A DNA stretch of 64,000 nucleotides from Luteolibacter sp. (GCA_031411755.1 JANOBS010000058.1:13206-77205), one strand, 5' to 3'. Shown: positions 34,822 to 45,271, counted from the stretch's first letter. The notes: generated by a model not told the origin, from the letters alone. Numbers and translations: made by a program.

Positions 34822-35919
34822 GTGGATTCGATCACACAGGCCGCCCTCGGCGCGGCGATGGGGGAATTGCTCCTAGGAAGGAAGCTCGGCAACCGGGCGC
34901 TGGCCTGGGGGGCGCTGTTCGGCACCATCCCCGATCTGGACGTTCTGCTCTCGCCCTTTCTCGATACCGCCCGGAAGCTGGACGTGCATCGCGGGTTCAG
35001 CCATTCGCTGCTTTTCATGATCGCGGCGTCCTTTGGTCTGGCTCCTCTGCTTCAGAAACGCTGGAAGCGCGACAAGGTCTCGAAGGCCCGTGCGGGCTGG
35101 TTCGTGTTCCTGGCGCTCAGCACGCATGTCCTGATCGACTGCTTCACGGTCTACGGGACCATGGTTTTCAGCCCCTTTTCCAACTACCGGGTCGGCTTCA
35201 ACAACCTCTTCATCATTGATCTCTTCTACACCCTGCCGCTGCTGGTGACCCTGGTATGGGCTGGCTTTCTCACCAAAAAGGATCCGAAACGCCTCAAGCT
35301 ATGCGTGCGTGGTCTGATCGTCAGCTCTGCGTATGTGGGACTGAGTCTCGGGGCGAAATTCTGGACTTCCTCCTCCTTTGATGCCGATCTTGAGCGTCGA
35401 AAGGTCGCCTTCGAGCGGCGCATGGAGGCCCCCACGCCTTTCAATATCTTCCTGTGGCGTTCGGTGGTCGATCGCGGCGACGAACTCTGGGTCGGATACC
35501 GTTCGGTCTTCGAGCTTTCCTCCACTCCGGTGAAATGGACGGTCATCCCCCGGCAGCGTGACGCCTTCGAGGCTGTTGCGGACAGCCGGGAAGCCAGGAC
35601 GGTGGACGAATTTTCCGGTGGCTGGTGGATCGCGCGCAAGACCGCCACCGGTGTCTGGATCGCGGACATGCGTTTCGGCGAAACCCGCTCATGGGAAAAA
35701 AAGGAAACCGTCGACCTTCGCCCGGCCTTCAGTTGGCTGCTTCTATACAAGGATGAGGGTGATCGCCTGCGAAATCTGCCCCGCGACACCAAAAACAGCG
35801 GCGAGATCTTGGAGAGGATGGCGGGTCGGATCTTCGGCAACCGCGAGGCCTGGGAAGGCTACCCGAGGTTGGCGGGCAATCCCGGAAGCTTGCCGGAGCA
35901 GTTGAACTGGGTGGAGTGA
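34822..35919 (+). CDS. Membrane-bound metal-dependent hydrolase, YdjM/DUF457-like, with a C-terminal soluble extension
   Basis: 'MDSITQAALGAAMGELLLG...GTIPDLD...HRGFSHSL'. Confidence 0.65.
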   Translation: MDSITQAALGAAMGELLLGRKLGNRALAWGALFGTIPDLDVLLSPFLDTARKLDVHRGFSHSLLFMIAASFGLAPLLQKRWKRDKVSKARAGWFVFLALSTHVLIDCFTVYGTMVFSPFSNYRVGFNNLFIIDLFYTLPLLVTLVWAGFLTKKDPKRLKLCVRGLIVSSAYVGLSLGAKFWTSSSFDADLERRKVAFERRMEAPTPFNIFLWRSVVDRGDELWVGYRSVFELSSTPVKWTVIPRQRDAFEAVADSREARTVDEFSGGWWIARKTATGVWIADMRFGETRSWEKKETVDLRPAFSWLLLYKDEGDRLRNLPRDTKNSGEILERMAGRIFGNREAWEGYPRLAGNPGSLPEQLNWVE

Positions 35920-36074
35920 TGAGTGCCAACGGGGATTGCGGAAGGCAGGTGTTTCAGCGGCACAGGGAAAAACCGTGATTCCGTCCCGCAGTTGTTCGAA
36001 ATGTGGGCAATCGGGCACGTTTCAAAAATATCCTCCAAGATTTTGCCATTTTGTGTGTCTACTCACAGAGACGC

Positions 36075-39000
36075 ATGAAAATCTGGTTCTTACTCGCTTT
36101 CGGTGGTTGGATGGTCGGAATGACTGCCTTGGGTCAGGATGTGGCCTCGCTTCGCAAGGAGCGTGATGTCATGGTGGAAAAGGGCCGCTGGCGTGAGGCG
36201 CTGGATTTTTATGAAGGGAAGCTTCTAGTCATCCAGGATCCGGGTTCGGCGAATGATCTCGAAAAGGCCACGACCTGCCTGACCGAGCTTGGCGAGTGGA
36301 AGGACTTCGACGGCTTGCTGGAGCGAGCGGTGGAAGGTCATCCGAATGATGCCTCGTTGCGCATCATGGCGGCCTCGGCGCTTTCGAATGCCCCCCACAG
36401 CGGGCGGATTCTGGCTGGGGAGTTCGAGCGGCAGCAGGGATACTATGGACGTGGGCGATTTCGCGGAGGCGAGGAGGGTGCTCCCGGGGAAATGGTGAAC
36501 ACCACCCACCGCGACCGGGTGCAGAGCCTGAGATGGCTTTTAGAGTCCCTCGGGAAAGCCCCGGATGACAAGATCCGCACACAAGCCTGGGATTTGATCT
36601 CGGGTTCCATGTGTGACGGCTCGGAGTTCTGGAAAATGCAGGTGCTCACTCCGCTGGAAAAGCTGCCCGAGTGGACCGACGAGGGGCCTTCCGGCGGGAC
36701 CGAGGGCGCGCCTTGGAGTGGCGATGCGCCGGTGTTGTTTTCGATTCCCGCGAGTTGGGAAGCCGCGAAGAACGACGGAGAGCGCTGGAGGTTCGCGCTG
36801 GCGGAAAGTGCCCGTTTGACCCCGGCAGATGCTCCTCGTCATGAATTCGAGCGGGGACAAATTCTTGAATCGCAGTTCGGTGCCGAGACACTGGCGTCAT
36901 TCGGCTGGTTCAACAACGGCGACCCGGAATCCGAGAAGGGCCAGCTCGCACTCGACACGCTGGCCGATGACGAGTGCCTCGCGAAAACCTCCGACGGCGT
37001 CCGTCGGTTCAAATTGCCTGCGGACCAGCATTTCATTGCGATCTATCGTGCACTGCTCGCCGACAAAGGTGTCGGTGGCGACGCAGGCGATGCCCTGGTG
37101 CAGTCCTACATCGGCCGTCGCCAACTCGACCGCGCGGAGACGGCACTGCGAGAAGTGATTTCCAAGCACGGCGACGGCGGCGAAGGCAAGCCGCGCGAGA
37201 AACTGCTCGCTCAGATCACCGGTTCGTGGGGTCGTTTCGAGCCAGCGAAGACCGTGGCGGCCGGCACGCATCCGGTGCTGCCGCTGGTGTTTCGAAACAC
37301 CAACTCCGTGAAGCTTACCGCCGCGCCGATCAACATGGAGCGCGTGCTCCGCGACACGAAGGCCTATCTTGAAAGCAATCCGAAGGAGCTCGATTGGGAA
37401 CGCCTCCAGCCCGGGCAGATCGGCTCGCGTCTGATCGAGGGAAAACCGGGCGAGTATGTCGGCGAGGTGGCCTCCGCGTGGGAGTCGGCGCTGAAGCCGC
37501 TGGAAAAGCATCGCGAGACGCATGCCGACATCGAGATGCCGCTCGACAAGGCGGGTGCCTGGTGGGTAACGGCGACGCTGGCGAATGGCAACACGATCCA
37601 CACGATCGCCTGGGTGGTGGACAGCGTGCTGGTCCAGCATCCGCTTCCCGGAGCGCAGCAATGGATGTTGGCGGACGCGGCCTCCGGTGCGCCGGTAGCC
37701 GAGTCGGATGTGGAATTTTTCGGCTATCGGATGGTCCCTCTCAAACAAAAGGACAAGGAAGGCCAGCGCTTTGAAATCCAGACCAAGACTTTTGTCCGCA
37801 AGACCGATGGCGAGGGCAAGGTGCTGCTGAAAGTTGGCGACACCGACTCGCATTTCCAGTGGATGGTGGTCGCGCGGAAGGATGGAAGAACTCCAGCATT
37901 CCATGGCTTCGGAAACTTCGGCTATTCGTCCGAACCTCGCGAGGGCAAGAACCGAAACGTCCCCTACGGCGTCACGGACCGGCCGCTCTACAAGGCGGGC
38001 GACAAGCTGCACGCGAAGTTCTGGCTGCGTGAGGTCGGCTACGGCCAGGTCAACGAAAGCCGCTGGGCGGGCAAGGATTGCCGCGTGATTTTCACCGATG
38101 GCCGCGGTCAGGAATCGATCAAGCTGGAGAACCTGAAGACTGATGCGATGGGCGCGGTGGAGATCGAAACGGTGCTGCCGAAAAATGCGGTGCTCGGTTC
38201 GTGGTCGGGCCGCTTGGAGATTCCGAACCAGATGACGGCGAACGTCAGCTTCCGCGTCGAGGAATACCGGAAGCCTGAGTATGAGGTGAGCGTGGAGGCC
38301 CCGAAGGAGCCCGTTCGTCTCGGTGACAAGTTTCCGGTCACGGTGAAGGCGACGTATTTCCACGGCGCTCCTGTTAGAAACGCGTCGGTGACGATCACGG
38401 TGAAGCGCGAGTCGATGACCGAGCGTTGGTTCCCCGGCTGGCGCTGGGATTGGCTTTATGGAAAGGGTGCCTGGTGGTGTGGCACTGAGGCTCCGTGGCA
38501 TCCGGGCTGGGGAAATTGGGGCTGCATCCCACCGCGTCCGCCGTGGTGGCGGGGAAATCGTTTCACGCCTCCGGAGCTGGTGATCGAGCGCACGATGCCG
38601 ATCGGCGCGGATGGCACGGCGATGGTCGAGGTCGACACCGCGATGGCCAAGCAGGTCCACGGCGACATGGATGCGAAGTATGTCATCGAGGCAAAGGTGG
38701 TCGACGCCTCACGCCGCGAGGAGCGCGGCAACGGTTCAGTCGTGGCGGCCAGAAAGCCATTTGAAATCGTGGTGCAGACGAACCGCGGCTATGCGCGTCC
38801 AGGCGACGAGGTGGAGGCGAAAGTTTCCGCTGCGACGCTTGAAGGCAAGCCGGTGAAGCTCGCTGAAGGCACGCTGCGACTGCTGCGTCTCGTGGCTGGC
38901 GAGAATGGAAAGATTGATGAGAAGGAAGTCTCGATCTGGCCGGTGAAGACCGATGCCGAAGGCGAGATCATCCAACGCTTCCAGGCTCCCGCAGCCGGAC

Positions 39001-42000
39001 AATACCGGCTCGCGGCGAAGCTTTCCGTGGCGGGTGGGGAAGCGGTCGAAGGCGCGATCATTCTCAACGTCCACGGTGCGGAGAAACCCGGCGCGGACTG
39101 GCATTTCGGCGCGATCGAGCTGGTGCCGGACAAGATTTCCTATGGGCCGAAGGACACGGTGCGCCTTCGTGTGAACAGCGATCAAACAAATGCCCACGTC
39201 TGGCTCTTCCTACGTGCCGAGCAGGGCGGTGGCCGCGAGGCGAAGCGGATCGTGCTGGATGGTCGCAGCGGCGAGGTGGAGATCCCCTTGTCGCTCGATG
39301 ACATGCCGAACACCTTCATTGAGGCGGTGACCGTTCACGGCGCGGAGGTTCACACCGCCAGCCGTCAGATCCTGCTGCCGCCTGAAAGCCGGGTGCTGGA
39401 GGTGACGGTGGAGCCCGCGAAGGCGAAGGTGAAGCCGCAGGAGAAGTCGTCGCTGGTCGTGACGATCCGCGATGCGGAAGGGAAGCCGTTTTCAGGAAGT
39501 GCAACGCTGGCGATCTATGACAAGTCGCTCGAGGCGATCACCGGTGGCTCGAACGTCGGGCCGATCCGTGAGAACTTCTGGTCTTGGAAGAGGAACTACT
39601 ATGGGCCTCGTATTCCGGATTCGGTTCCAGCGTCGCCAGGAAATTTGGTGAAGCCTGGTGTGGAGGAGATGGAGGTGCTGGAGCCGTCCCACCCTGGAGT
39701 TGGGTTCGCAAGGATGGCAGGTGATGGAATGGGATTCGGCGGCGGAGGTGTATTTCGTGGGGCGATGCTCGAAAAGTCGATGTCCAGCCGTTCTGCGATG
39801 TTGTCGGATTCTGCCGCTGCTCCGATGGCTGCGGAATTTGACGCAGGGGCTGGTGCGGAAGCCCCAGCGGGCGGAGAGCCAGGAGCCGGTCCGGCCATTC
39901 TCGTCCGCAAAGACTTCGCAGATCTCCTCAAATGGTCCGGCGAGGTGAAGACCGATGCCACTGGCCGAGCCGAAATCCCACTCGAATTCCCCGACAACCT
40001 CACGACCTGGAAAGCCCGTGTCTGGGCGCTGGGCGAGGGGACACGCGTTGGCGAGGGCAGTGCCGAGATCATCACCTCGAAGCAGCTTCTCGTGCGTCTC
40101 GAAGCTCCGCGGTTCCTGGTGGAAAAGGATGAGTCGGTGTTCAGCGCCGTGGTCCACAACGACTACGAAGTCGCGAAAACGGTGAAGGTTTCCCTCGAAC
40201 TCGAAGGAGAAGTCACCGAGTTGATGTCGGGCGAAACCAAGACGGTCGAGATTCCCGCGAAGGGCGAATCGCGCATCGACTGGCGCGTCAAGGCGACCAA
40301 GGAAGGCGAGCTCACGATCCGCATGAAAGCGGTGGCCGACGACGATGGCGACGCGATGGAGCGCAAGCTGCCGGTCGTCGTGCACGGCATGCTGCGCCAG
40401 GAGGCGTGGAGCCGCGTGGTCGAGCCCGAGCAGGACTCCGCGAAGATCGCTTTCAACGTGCCTGCTGAGCGTCGCGTCGATCAGACCAAGCTCACGGTCC
40501 GCGTTTCTCCAAGTGTGGCGGGCGCGGTGGTCGATGCGATTCCGTATCTGGCCGATTATCCGCATGGCTGCACCGAACAGACCTTGAACCGCTTCGTGCC
40601 GGCCGTGATCGCGCAGAAGCTGGTGAAGGATCTGGGTGTGAACCTCGATGAAATCCGCGCGAAACGGAACAACCTCAACCCGCAGGAACTGGGTGATCCG
40701 CAGGAACGCGCCGAGCGTTGGAAACAATGGCAGCGTAATCCGGTGTTCGATCCGGAGGAACTCTCGCAGATGGTCAAGACCGGCTTCGACAAACTGGAAG
40801 CCATGCAGAATTCCGACGGTGGCTGGGGCTGGTTCTCCGGTTACGGCGAGCGTTCGTATTCCCACACCACCGCCGTCGTGGTGCATGGTCTTCTCACGGC
40901 GAAAGCCAGCGGAGCCGAGGTGCCTGAGGCGATGCTGAAGCAGGGACTGAACTGGCTGGAAGGTGCCGAGAAAAAGGAAGCAGCCGCATTGCGCCGGTAC
41001 GCTGACCGGATGGCGGCGGAGAAGGCTGGCAAGAAAGTGAAGCCCTCGAAGCTTTACGAAAAGGCCAACGCCGATTCGCTTGATGCCTTCGTGCGGATGG
41101 TGCTCGGCGAGGCTGGCCGCAATGGCGATGCGATGGTGGATTTCCTGGTGAGGGACAACCTTTCCCTGCCGATCTATGCGCGCTGCCTGCTCGGGCTGGA
41201 GCTGCATCGCACGAAGGAAAACGGCCGACGCGACGAGGTGATGGCGACCATTGCCCAGTTCCTGAAGCGCGATGAGGAGAACCAGACGAACTTCCTCGAC
41301 CTGAAGAACGACGGTTATTGGTGGTTCTGGTATGGCGGCGATGTCGAGGCCCACGCCTGGTATCTGAAACTGCTCTCCGCCGTGAAGCCACAGGCCAAGG
41401 AAACCCGCGGCCTGGTGAAGTATCTCGTCAACAACCGCAAGCATGCCAGCTACTGGAACTCCACCCGTGACACCGCCTACGCCATCGAGGCGATCGCGGC
41501 CTATCTCAAGGCCAGTGGCGAACTCGCTCCGGAGATGGAGGTCGAGGTGCTGCTCGATGGAAAGAGCCTGCGGAAAATTTCGATCAACCGTGACAACTTC
41601 TTCGCCTTCGATGGCACGATCGTGGTCGATGCCGGAGCCCTCGCGACCGGCAAGCACGAGATCGAGTTGAAGCGCTCGGGCAAGGGGGCGCTTTATGCGA
41701 ACGCCTATTTGGAAGTGTTTTCGCTGGAGGATTTCCTGCCGAAAGCCGGGCTCGAGGTGAAGGTCGAGCGTCACGTTTACAAGCTGGTGCCGGAGGACAA
41801 GTCCACGGCGGTGCCGGATTCGACCGGGCTGGTGGTGAACCAGAAGGTGGAGAAATTCCGCCGCGAGCCTTTGAAGGATGGCGACAGCGTGGTCAGTGGC
41901 GACCGCATCGAGGTCGAGCTCGTGCTGGAGAGCAAGAACGACTACGAATACCTGCTCTTCTCCGACAACAAGCCTGCGGGCTTCGAGGCGATCGAGGCGC

Positions 42001-42230
42001 TGAGCGGCTACGTGAACGGACCGATCGGGGCCTACATGGAGCCGCGCGACCGCTCGGTGGACTTCTTCGTCCGCTCGCTGGCGCGGGGCAAGAGCCAGGT
42101 CAGCTACCAGCTCCGGGCCGAGGCACCGGGGCTCTACCACGCCCTGCCAACCACGGCGGCGGCGATGTATGCGCCGGAACTGAAGGGGAACTCGGACGAG
42201 ATTCGCCTGAATATCACTGAAGCTAAATGA
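36075..42230 (+). CDS. Alpha-2-macroglobulin family protein with an intact thioester motif
   Basis: From ORF 36003..42230; start at ATG 36075 ('MKIWFLLAFGGWMVGMTALG'). The thioester 'GCTEQ' in 'YPHGCTEQTLNRF' is encoded at 40569-40580 (CTEQ). MG-domain repeats. 2,051 aa. Confidence 0.9.
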   Translation: MKIWFLLAFGGWMVGMTALGQDVASLRKERDVMVEKGRWREALDFYEGKLLVIQDPGSANDLEKATTCLTELGEWKDFDGLLERAVEGHPNDASLRIMAASALSNAPHSGRILAGEFERQQGYYGRGRFRGGEEGAPGEMVNTTHRDRVQSLRWLLESLGKAPDDKIRTQAWDLISGSMCDGSEFWKMQVLTPLEKLPEWTDEGPSGGTEGAPWSGDAPVLFSIPASWEAAKNDGERWRFALAESARLTPADAPRHEFERGQILESQFGAETLASFGWFNNGDPESEKGQLALDTLADDECLAKTSDGVRRFKLPADQHFIAIYRALLADKGVGGDAGDALVQSYIGRRQLDRAETALREVISKHGDGGEGKPREKLLAQITGSWGRFEPAKTVAAGTHPVLPLVFRNTNSVKLTAAPINMERVLRDTKAYLESNPKELDWERLQPGQIGSRLIEGKPGEYVGEVASAWESALKPLEKHRETHADIEMPLDKAGAWWVTATLANGNTIHTIAWVVDSVLVQHPLPGAQQWMLADAASGAPVAESDVEFFGYRMVPLKQKDKEGQRFEIQTKTFVRKTDGEGKVLLKVGDTDSHFQWMVVARKDGRTPAFHGFGNFGYSSEPREGKNRNVPYGVTDRPLYKAGDKLHAKFWLREVGYGQVNESRWAGKDCRVIFTDGRGQESIKLENLKTDAMGAVEIETVLPKNAVLGSWSGRLEIPNQMTANVSFRVEEYRKPEYEVSVEAPKEPVRLGDKFPVTVKATYFHGAPVRNASVTITVKRESMTERWFPGWRWDWLYGKGAWWCGTEAPWHPGWGNWGCIPPRPPWWRGNRFTPPELVIERTMPIGADGTAMVEVDTAMAKQVHGDMDAKYVIEAKVVDASRREERGNGSVVAARKPFEIVVQTNRGYARPGDEVEAKVSAATLEGKPVKLAEGTLRLLRLVAGENGKIDEKEVSIWPVKTDAEGEIIQRFQAPAAGQYRLAAKLSVAGGEAVEGAIILNVHGAEKPGADWHFGAIELVPDKISYGPKDTVRLRVNSDQTNAHVWLFLRAEQGGGREAKRIVLDGRSGEVEIPLSLDDMPNTFIEAVTVHGAEVHTASRQILLPPESRVLEVTVEPAKAKVKPQEKSSLVVTIRDAEGKPFSGSATLAIYDKSLEAITGGSNVGPIRENFWSWKRNYYGPRIPDSVPASPGNLVKPGVEEMEVLEPSHPGVGFARMAGDGMGFGGGGVFRGAMLEKSMSSRSAMLSDSAAAPMAAEFDAGAGAEAPAGGEPGAGPAILVRKDFADLLKWSGEVKTDATGRAEIPLEFPDNLTTWKARVWALGEGTRVGEGSAEIITSKQLLVRLEAPRFLVEKDESVFSAVVHNDYEVAKTVKVSLELEGEVTELMSGETKTVEIPAKGESRIDWRVKATKEGELTIRMKAVADDDGDAMERKLPVVVHGMLRQEAWSRVVEPEQDSAKIAFNVPAERRVDQTKLTVRVSPSVAGAVVDAIPYLADYPHGCTEQTLNRFVPAVIAQKLVKDLGVNLDEIRAKRNNLNPQELGDPQERAERWKQWQRNPVFDPEELSQMVKTGFDKLEAMQNSDGGWGWFSGYGERSYSHTTAVVVHGLLTAKASGAEVPEAMLKQGLNWLEGAEKKEAAALRRYADRMAAEKAGKKVKPSKLYEKANADSLDAFVRMVLGEAGRNGDAMVDFLVRDNLSLPIYARCLLGLELHRTKENGRRDEVMATIAQFLKRDEENQTNFLDLKNDGYWWFWYGGDVEAHAWYLKLLSAVKPQAKETRGLVKYLVNNRKHASYWNSTRDTAYAIEAIAAYLKASGELAPEMEVEVLLDGKSLRKISINRDNFFAFDGTIVVDAGALATGKHEIELKRSGKGALYANAYLEVFSLEDFLPKAGLEVKVERHVYKLVPEDKSTAVPDSTGLVVNQKVEKFRREPLKDGDSVVSGDRIEVELVLESKNDYEYLLFSDNKPAGFEAIEALSGYVNGPIGAYMEPRDRSVDFFVRSLARGKSQVSYQLRAEAPGLYHALPTTAAAMYAPELKGNSDEIRLNITEAK

Positions 42231-42333
42231 ATTTCACCTCCGCGAAAAGGATGCCTGGATCGAGTTTCGGGGCGATTTTGCAAGATTGGGCTTGCATCGC
42301 CGGGCTCATCGGGTATCCAACGCGGCCCGAATT

Positions 42334-42603
42334 ATGGCCAAGACAAGCTGGATCGCACGCAACGAGAAAAAGGCGCAAACCGTCGCCAAGTACGCAGCAC
42401 TTCGTTTGAAGTTGAAGCAGGAGAAGGACTATATTGGTCTGAACATGCTTCCACGCAACGCAAGTCCTACGCGAGTGGTCAACCGCTGCCTCGCAACAGG
42501 CCGTCGCCGCGCATTCCTGCGCCGCTTCAAGCTCTCCCGTATCAGCTTCCGCGAGCTGGCCAACGCCGGGATGATCCCCGGTGTGACCAAGTCCAGCTGG
42601 TAA
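42334..42603 (+). CDS. rpsN: 30S ribosomal protein S14, long zinc-independent (C-minus) form
   Basis: Start at ATG 42334; 89 aa. 'MAKTSWIARNEKKAQTVAKYAALRLKLK...NRCLATGRRRAFLRRFKLSRISFRELANAGMIPGVTKSSW'. It has no CxxC pairs. Confidence 0.9.
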   Translation: MAKTSWIARNEKKAQTVAKYAALRLKLKQEKDYIGLNMLPRNASPTRVVNRCLATGRRRAFLRRFKLSRISFRELANAGMIPGVTKSSW

Positions 42604-42667
42604 GCTGGCACGGTCCGCGCTATCTTGCCGATCCGGGACGGAAACTGCCCGCTCCCGGATCCCTCAA

Positions 42668-42928
42668 ATGCCAATCTACGAATACGTTTCCGAATCACCG
42701 GACGATCCCGAGCACTCGTGCCGCATCTGCGCGCGCGGGTTTGAGCTCAGGCGACCGGTGGACCGGGCACCTCTGGAGAAGTGCCCGTTGTGCAGGAATC
42801 CGGTGAAGAAAGTCATCTCCCGGATCAACACGCCGAAGATCACCAAGCCGCTTTCGGTGAGTGATGCCAAATCCGCGGGATTCACCGTGCTCCAACGCCG
42901 CGACCAAGGCGTCTACGAGAAACTCTGA
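42668..42928 (+). CDS. FmdB-family zinc-ribbon protein
   Basis: 'MPIYEYVSE...CRIC...CPLCRNPVKKV'. Confidence 0.8.
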   Translation: MPIYEYVSESPDDPEHSCRICARGFELRRPVDRAPLEKCPLCRNPVKKVISRINTPKITKPLSVSDAKSAGFTVLQRRDQGVYEKL

Positions 42929-42938
42929 TTGATCCGCG

Positions 42939-44429
42939 ATGCACGTCCTGTCGATTCTCCAATTTCTCGCTGTAACAGGTGGTCACGAATCCTCCACCGA
43001 GTTTCCATCCTTCGGGGTGACCGTGCTCTATCTGGTGGGAATCGCGTTCTTCCTGCTGCTGAATGCCTTTTTCGTCGCGTCGGAATTCGCGATCGTGAAA
43101 GTGCGGCCAAGCCAGCTCGAGGCCTTCTCGAAAGAAAAGCCAGGCCGCACCGCCACCGCCCTGCGCGTGGTGGCCCATCTGGACGGCTACCTCTCCGCCA
43201 ACCAGCTCGGCATCACCATCGCCTCGCTGGCATTGGGCTTCCTCGGGGAGCCGTTTGTTGAGGCCTTCGTTTCGCCGCTTTTGTTAATGATGGGCGTGCC
43301 GAGGGAAACGGTTTTCCTCGGCCTGACCCTCCGTCCGGTCTCGACGATTTCCTTCGTTCTAGCGATCGCCTCGTTCACTTTCCTCCACGTCGTCGTCGGC
43401 GAGCTGCTGCCGAAGTCGATCGCGATCCGCAAGGCTGCCGCCACCACGCTGCTTCTGGCGGCTCCGCTGCACGTTTTCTACAAGACCTTCAAGTGGGGCA
43501 TCGTGTTCCTCAACGGCACGGCCAACTGGCTGCTGAAGACCATTTTCCGTATCGATCCGGTCAGCGAGAGCGAGCACGTCCACTCGGCCGATGAACTCGC
43601 CCTGCTGGTCGCCGAAAGCGAGCGCGCCCAGGAGGTGACGGAAACTGAGCGCGAGATCCTGATCAATGCCCTTGAGTTGAACGAACTCTGGGTTCGCGAC
43701 GTGATGACGCCGCGTGCACGGGTGGTGGTGCTCGATGCCGACCAACCATTCGAGAAGGCCCTTGAAATAGCCCAGCGCAGCAAGCACACCCGCTTTCCTC
43801 TGGTGAAGGGCCACTTCGACCACGCGATCGGCCTGATCCACATCAAGGATCTGCTGAAGCTCATCAGCGAGCCCGACCCCGACCTCATGCGCATCAAGCG
43901 CGAGCTCAAGATGGTGCCGGACACGATGCCGCTCGATACGCTGTTGAAATTCTTCCTCCGCGAGCACGCCCACCTCGCGATGGCGGTGGATGAGTTCGGC
44001 GCGCCGAACGGCCTCGTCTTCCTCGACAACGTGATCGAGGAGCTGGTGGGCGACATTCAGGACGAGTTCGACAACGAGCGTTCGTCGTTCACCCGGATCA
44101 ATGACGGCGAGTTCGTGATCGAAGGCACCATGACGCTCAACGACCTCGCCGGCTACGTCGAGGAACTCTACCTCGACAGCGGCGAAGTCACCACGATCGG
44201 CGGTTACATCACCCAGCAGCTCGGACGTTTCCCTCTTGTCGGTGAGTCGATCGAGATCCTCGGCTACGAGGCAAAGGTCACCAGCACGGACGGACGTCGT
44301 GTGGGCCAGATCCATTTCCGTAAGCTGCCAACTGAAGCCGAGGAGGCTGCGGCTGCGGCTGCCGCTGAAAAGGAAGCTGAGGCCGCCGAGAAGGAAGCTG
44401 AAGCCGCTGCCGAAAAGGAAGCTGTCTGA
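42939..44429 (+). CDS. CNNM/HlyC-CorC family transporter-associated protein (DUF21 + CBS pair + CorC_HlyC)
   Basis: 'FFVASEFAIVKVR', a CBS pair, and C-terminal 'GEFVIEGTMTLNDL...GYEAKVTSTDGRRVGQIHFRK'. The tail is '(EKEAEAA)x3'. Confidence 0.85.
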   Translation: MHVLSILQFLAVTGGHESSTEFPSFGVTVLYLVGIAFFLLLNAFFVASEFAIVKVRPSQLEAFSKEKPGRTATALRVVAHLDGYLSANQLGITIASLALGFLGEPFVEAFVSPLLLMMGVPRETVFLGLTLRPVSTISFVLAIASFTFLHVVVGELLPKSIAIRKAAATTLLLAAPLHVFYKTFKWGIVFLNGTANWLLKTIFRIDPVSESEHVHSADELALLVAESERAQEVTETEREILINALELNELWVRDVMTPRARVVVLDADQPFEKALEIAQRSKHTRFPLVKGHFDHAIGLIHIKDLLKLISEPDPDLMRIKRELKMVPDTMPLDTLLKFFLREHAHLAMAVDEFGAPNGLVFLDNVIEELVGDIQDEFDNERSSFTRINDGEFVIEGTMTLNDLAGYVEELYLDSGEVTTIGGYITQQLGRFPLVGESIEILGYEAKVTSTDGRRVGQIHFRKLPTEAEEAAAAAAAEKEAEAAEKEAEAAAEKEAV

Positions 44430-44430
44430 T

Positions 44431-45237
44431 TCAGGCGAGTGTCGCCTGAATCGTGACGATCTGGTGCTCCTTGTCCTTGCTGGAGGATCGGACGGCGTCG
44501 TCCGGATCGAATTCCCCGAAGGCCCGGCCGATTTCAAAGCCAGCGGACTTGATCAGTTGAAACAGCTCGTGGTTTCCGAACCAGCGGATCGTTTGCTGGC
44601 AAAGGTGCTCGGAGAGGAGGTTTCGATCCCCGTTCATCAGCTGGTAGCGATGCTCGCGATGCAGGAGTTTTTTCGGGCGGTCCAGCCGATAGCGGGTCTC
44701 CATCGCGGCGATTCGTCCATCCGCGAGGCGGGTTTCATAATCTGGGAACCACTGATTCGATGGGATCTCACCCGCCAACTCGGCTTCGGGACGGAACACG
44801 CTCAGGTAGAGCCCGCCGCCGGGTTCAAGGATGTTCGCAATCGAGGCGAGCATGAGCGCGGGATCAGGCGTGAGTTGGAGCGTGAACGCCGGGATGACGG
44901 CGGCGGCGTAAGGTTTCGAGGCGGTGAAATCCTCGATCGTTCCGTGATGAAGAACCGGCTTGGCTCCTGCGGCTTTCTGCGAGCAAAGAAGCAGCATGTC
45001 CGCCGAGGGTTCGATGCCTTCGATCTCAAATCCCGCCGCCAGCAGGGGCATAAGCAGTCGCCCGGAGCCGCAGCCGATTTCGATCGAGGGACCGGGGAAA
45101 CATTCCAGAAAGGAAGTCAGCAGCGGCAATTCCGCCGACGGTCCTTCCGCTTCCCAGAACGGATCGTGGAATTCGGCTTCGAGTGAGGAGTAGTCGGACA
45201 AGGCGGTGAGTCGAAAGGGTGGTGGATAGCTGATCAA
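44431..45237 (-). CDS. Class I SAM-dependent methyltransferase
   Basis: Motif I 'IEIGCGSGRLLMPLLAAGFEIEGIEPSADML'. Confidence 0.75.
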   Translation of the reverse strand: MISYPPPFRLTALSDYSSLEAEFHDPFWEAEGPSAELPLLTSFLECFPGPSIEIGCGSGRLLMPLLAAGFEIEGIEPSADMLLLCSQKAAGAKPVLHHGTIEDFTASKPYAAAVIPAFTLQLTPDPALMLASIANILEPGGGLYLSVFRPEAELAGEIPSNQWFPDYETRLADGRIAAMETRYRLDRPKKLLHREHRYQLMNGDRNLLSEHLCQQTIRWFGNHELFQLIKSAGFEIGRAFGEFDPDDAVRSSSKDKEHQIVTIQATLA

Positions 45238-45271
45238 GCCTCAACTCGGCCAAGGAGATTGCTTGAAATAC

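Noticed and set aside
36897-42140. Very long antisense ORFs (36897..38660, 587 aa; 39492..42140, 882 aa) opposite the alpha-2-macroglobulin gene
   Set aside because: Their composition is Arg/Gly/Leu/His-rich and low in information. They carry no recognisable motifs. They lie fully inside a gene with a clear family signature (CTEQ thioester). This is the typical stop-codon-poor antisense frame of high-G+C DNA.
44335-44429. Tandem nucleotide repeat at the 3' end of the CNNM-family gene
   Set aside because: It is in frame and encodes an '(EKEAEAA)x3' low-complexity tail of the protein. It is a coding repeat of little consequence.
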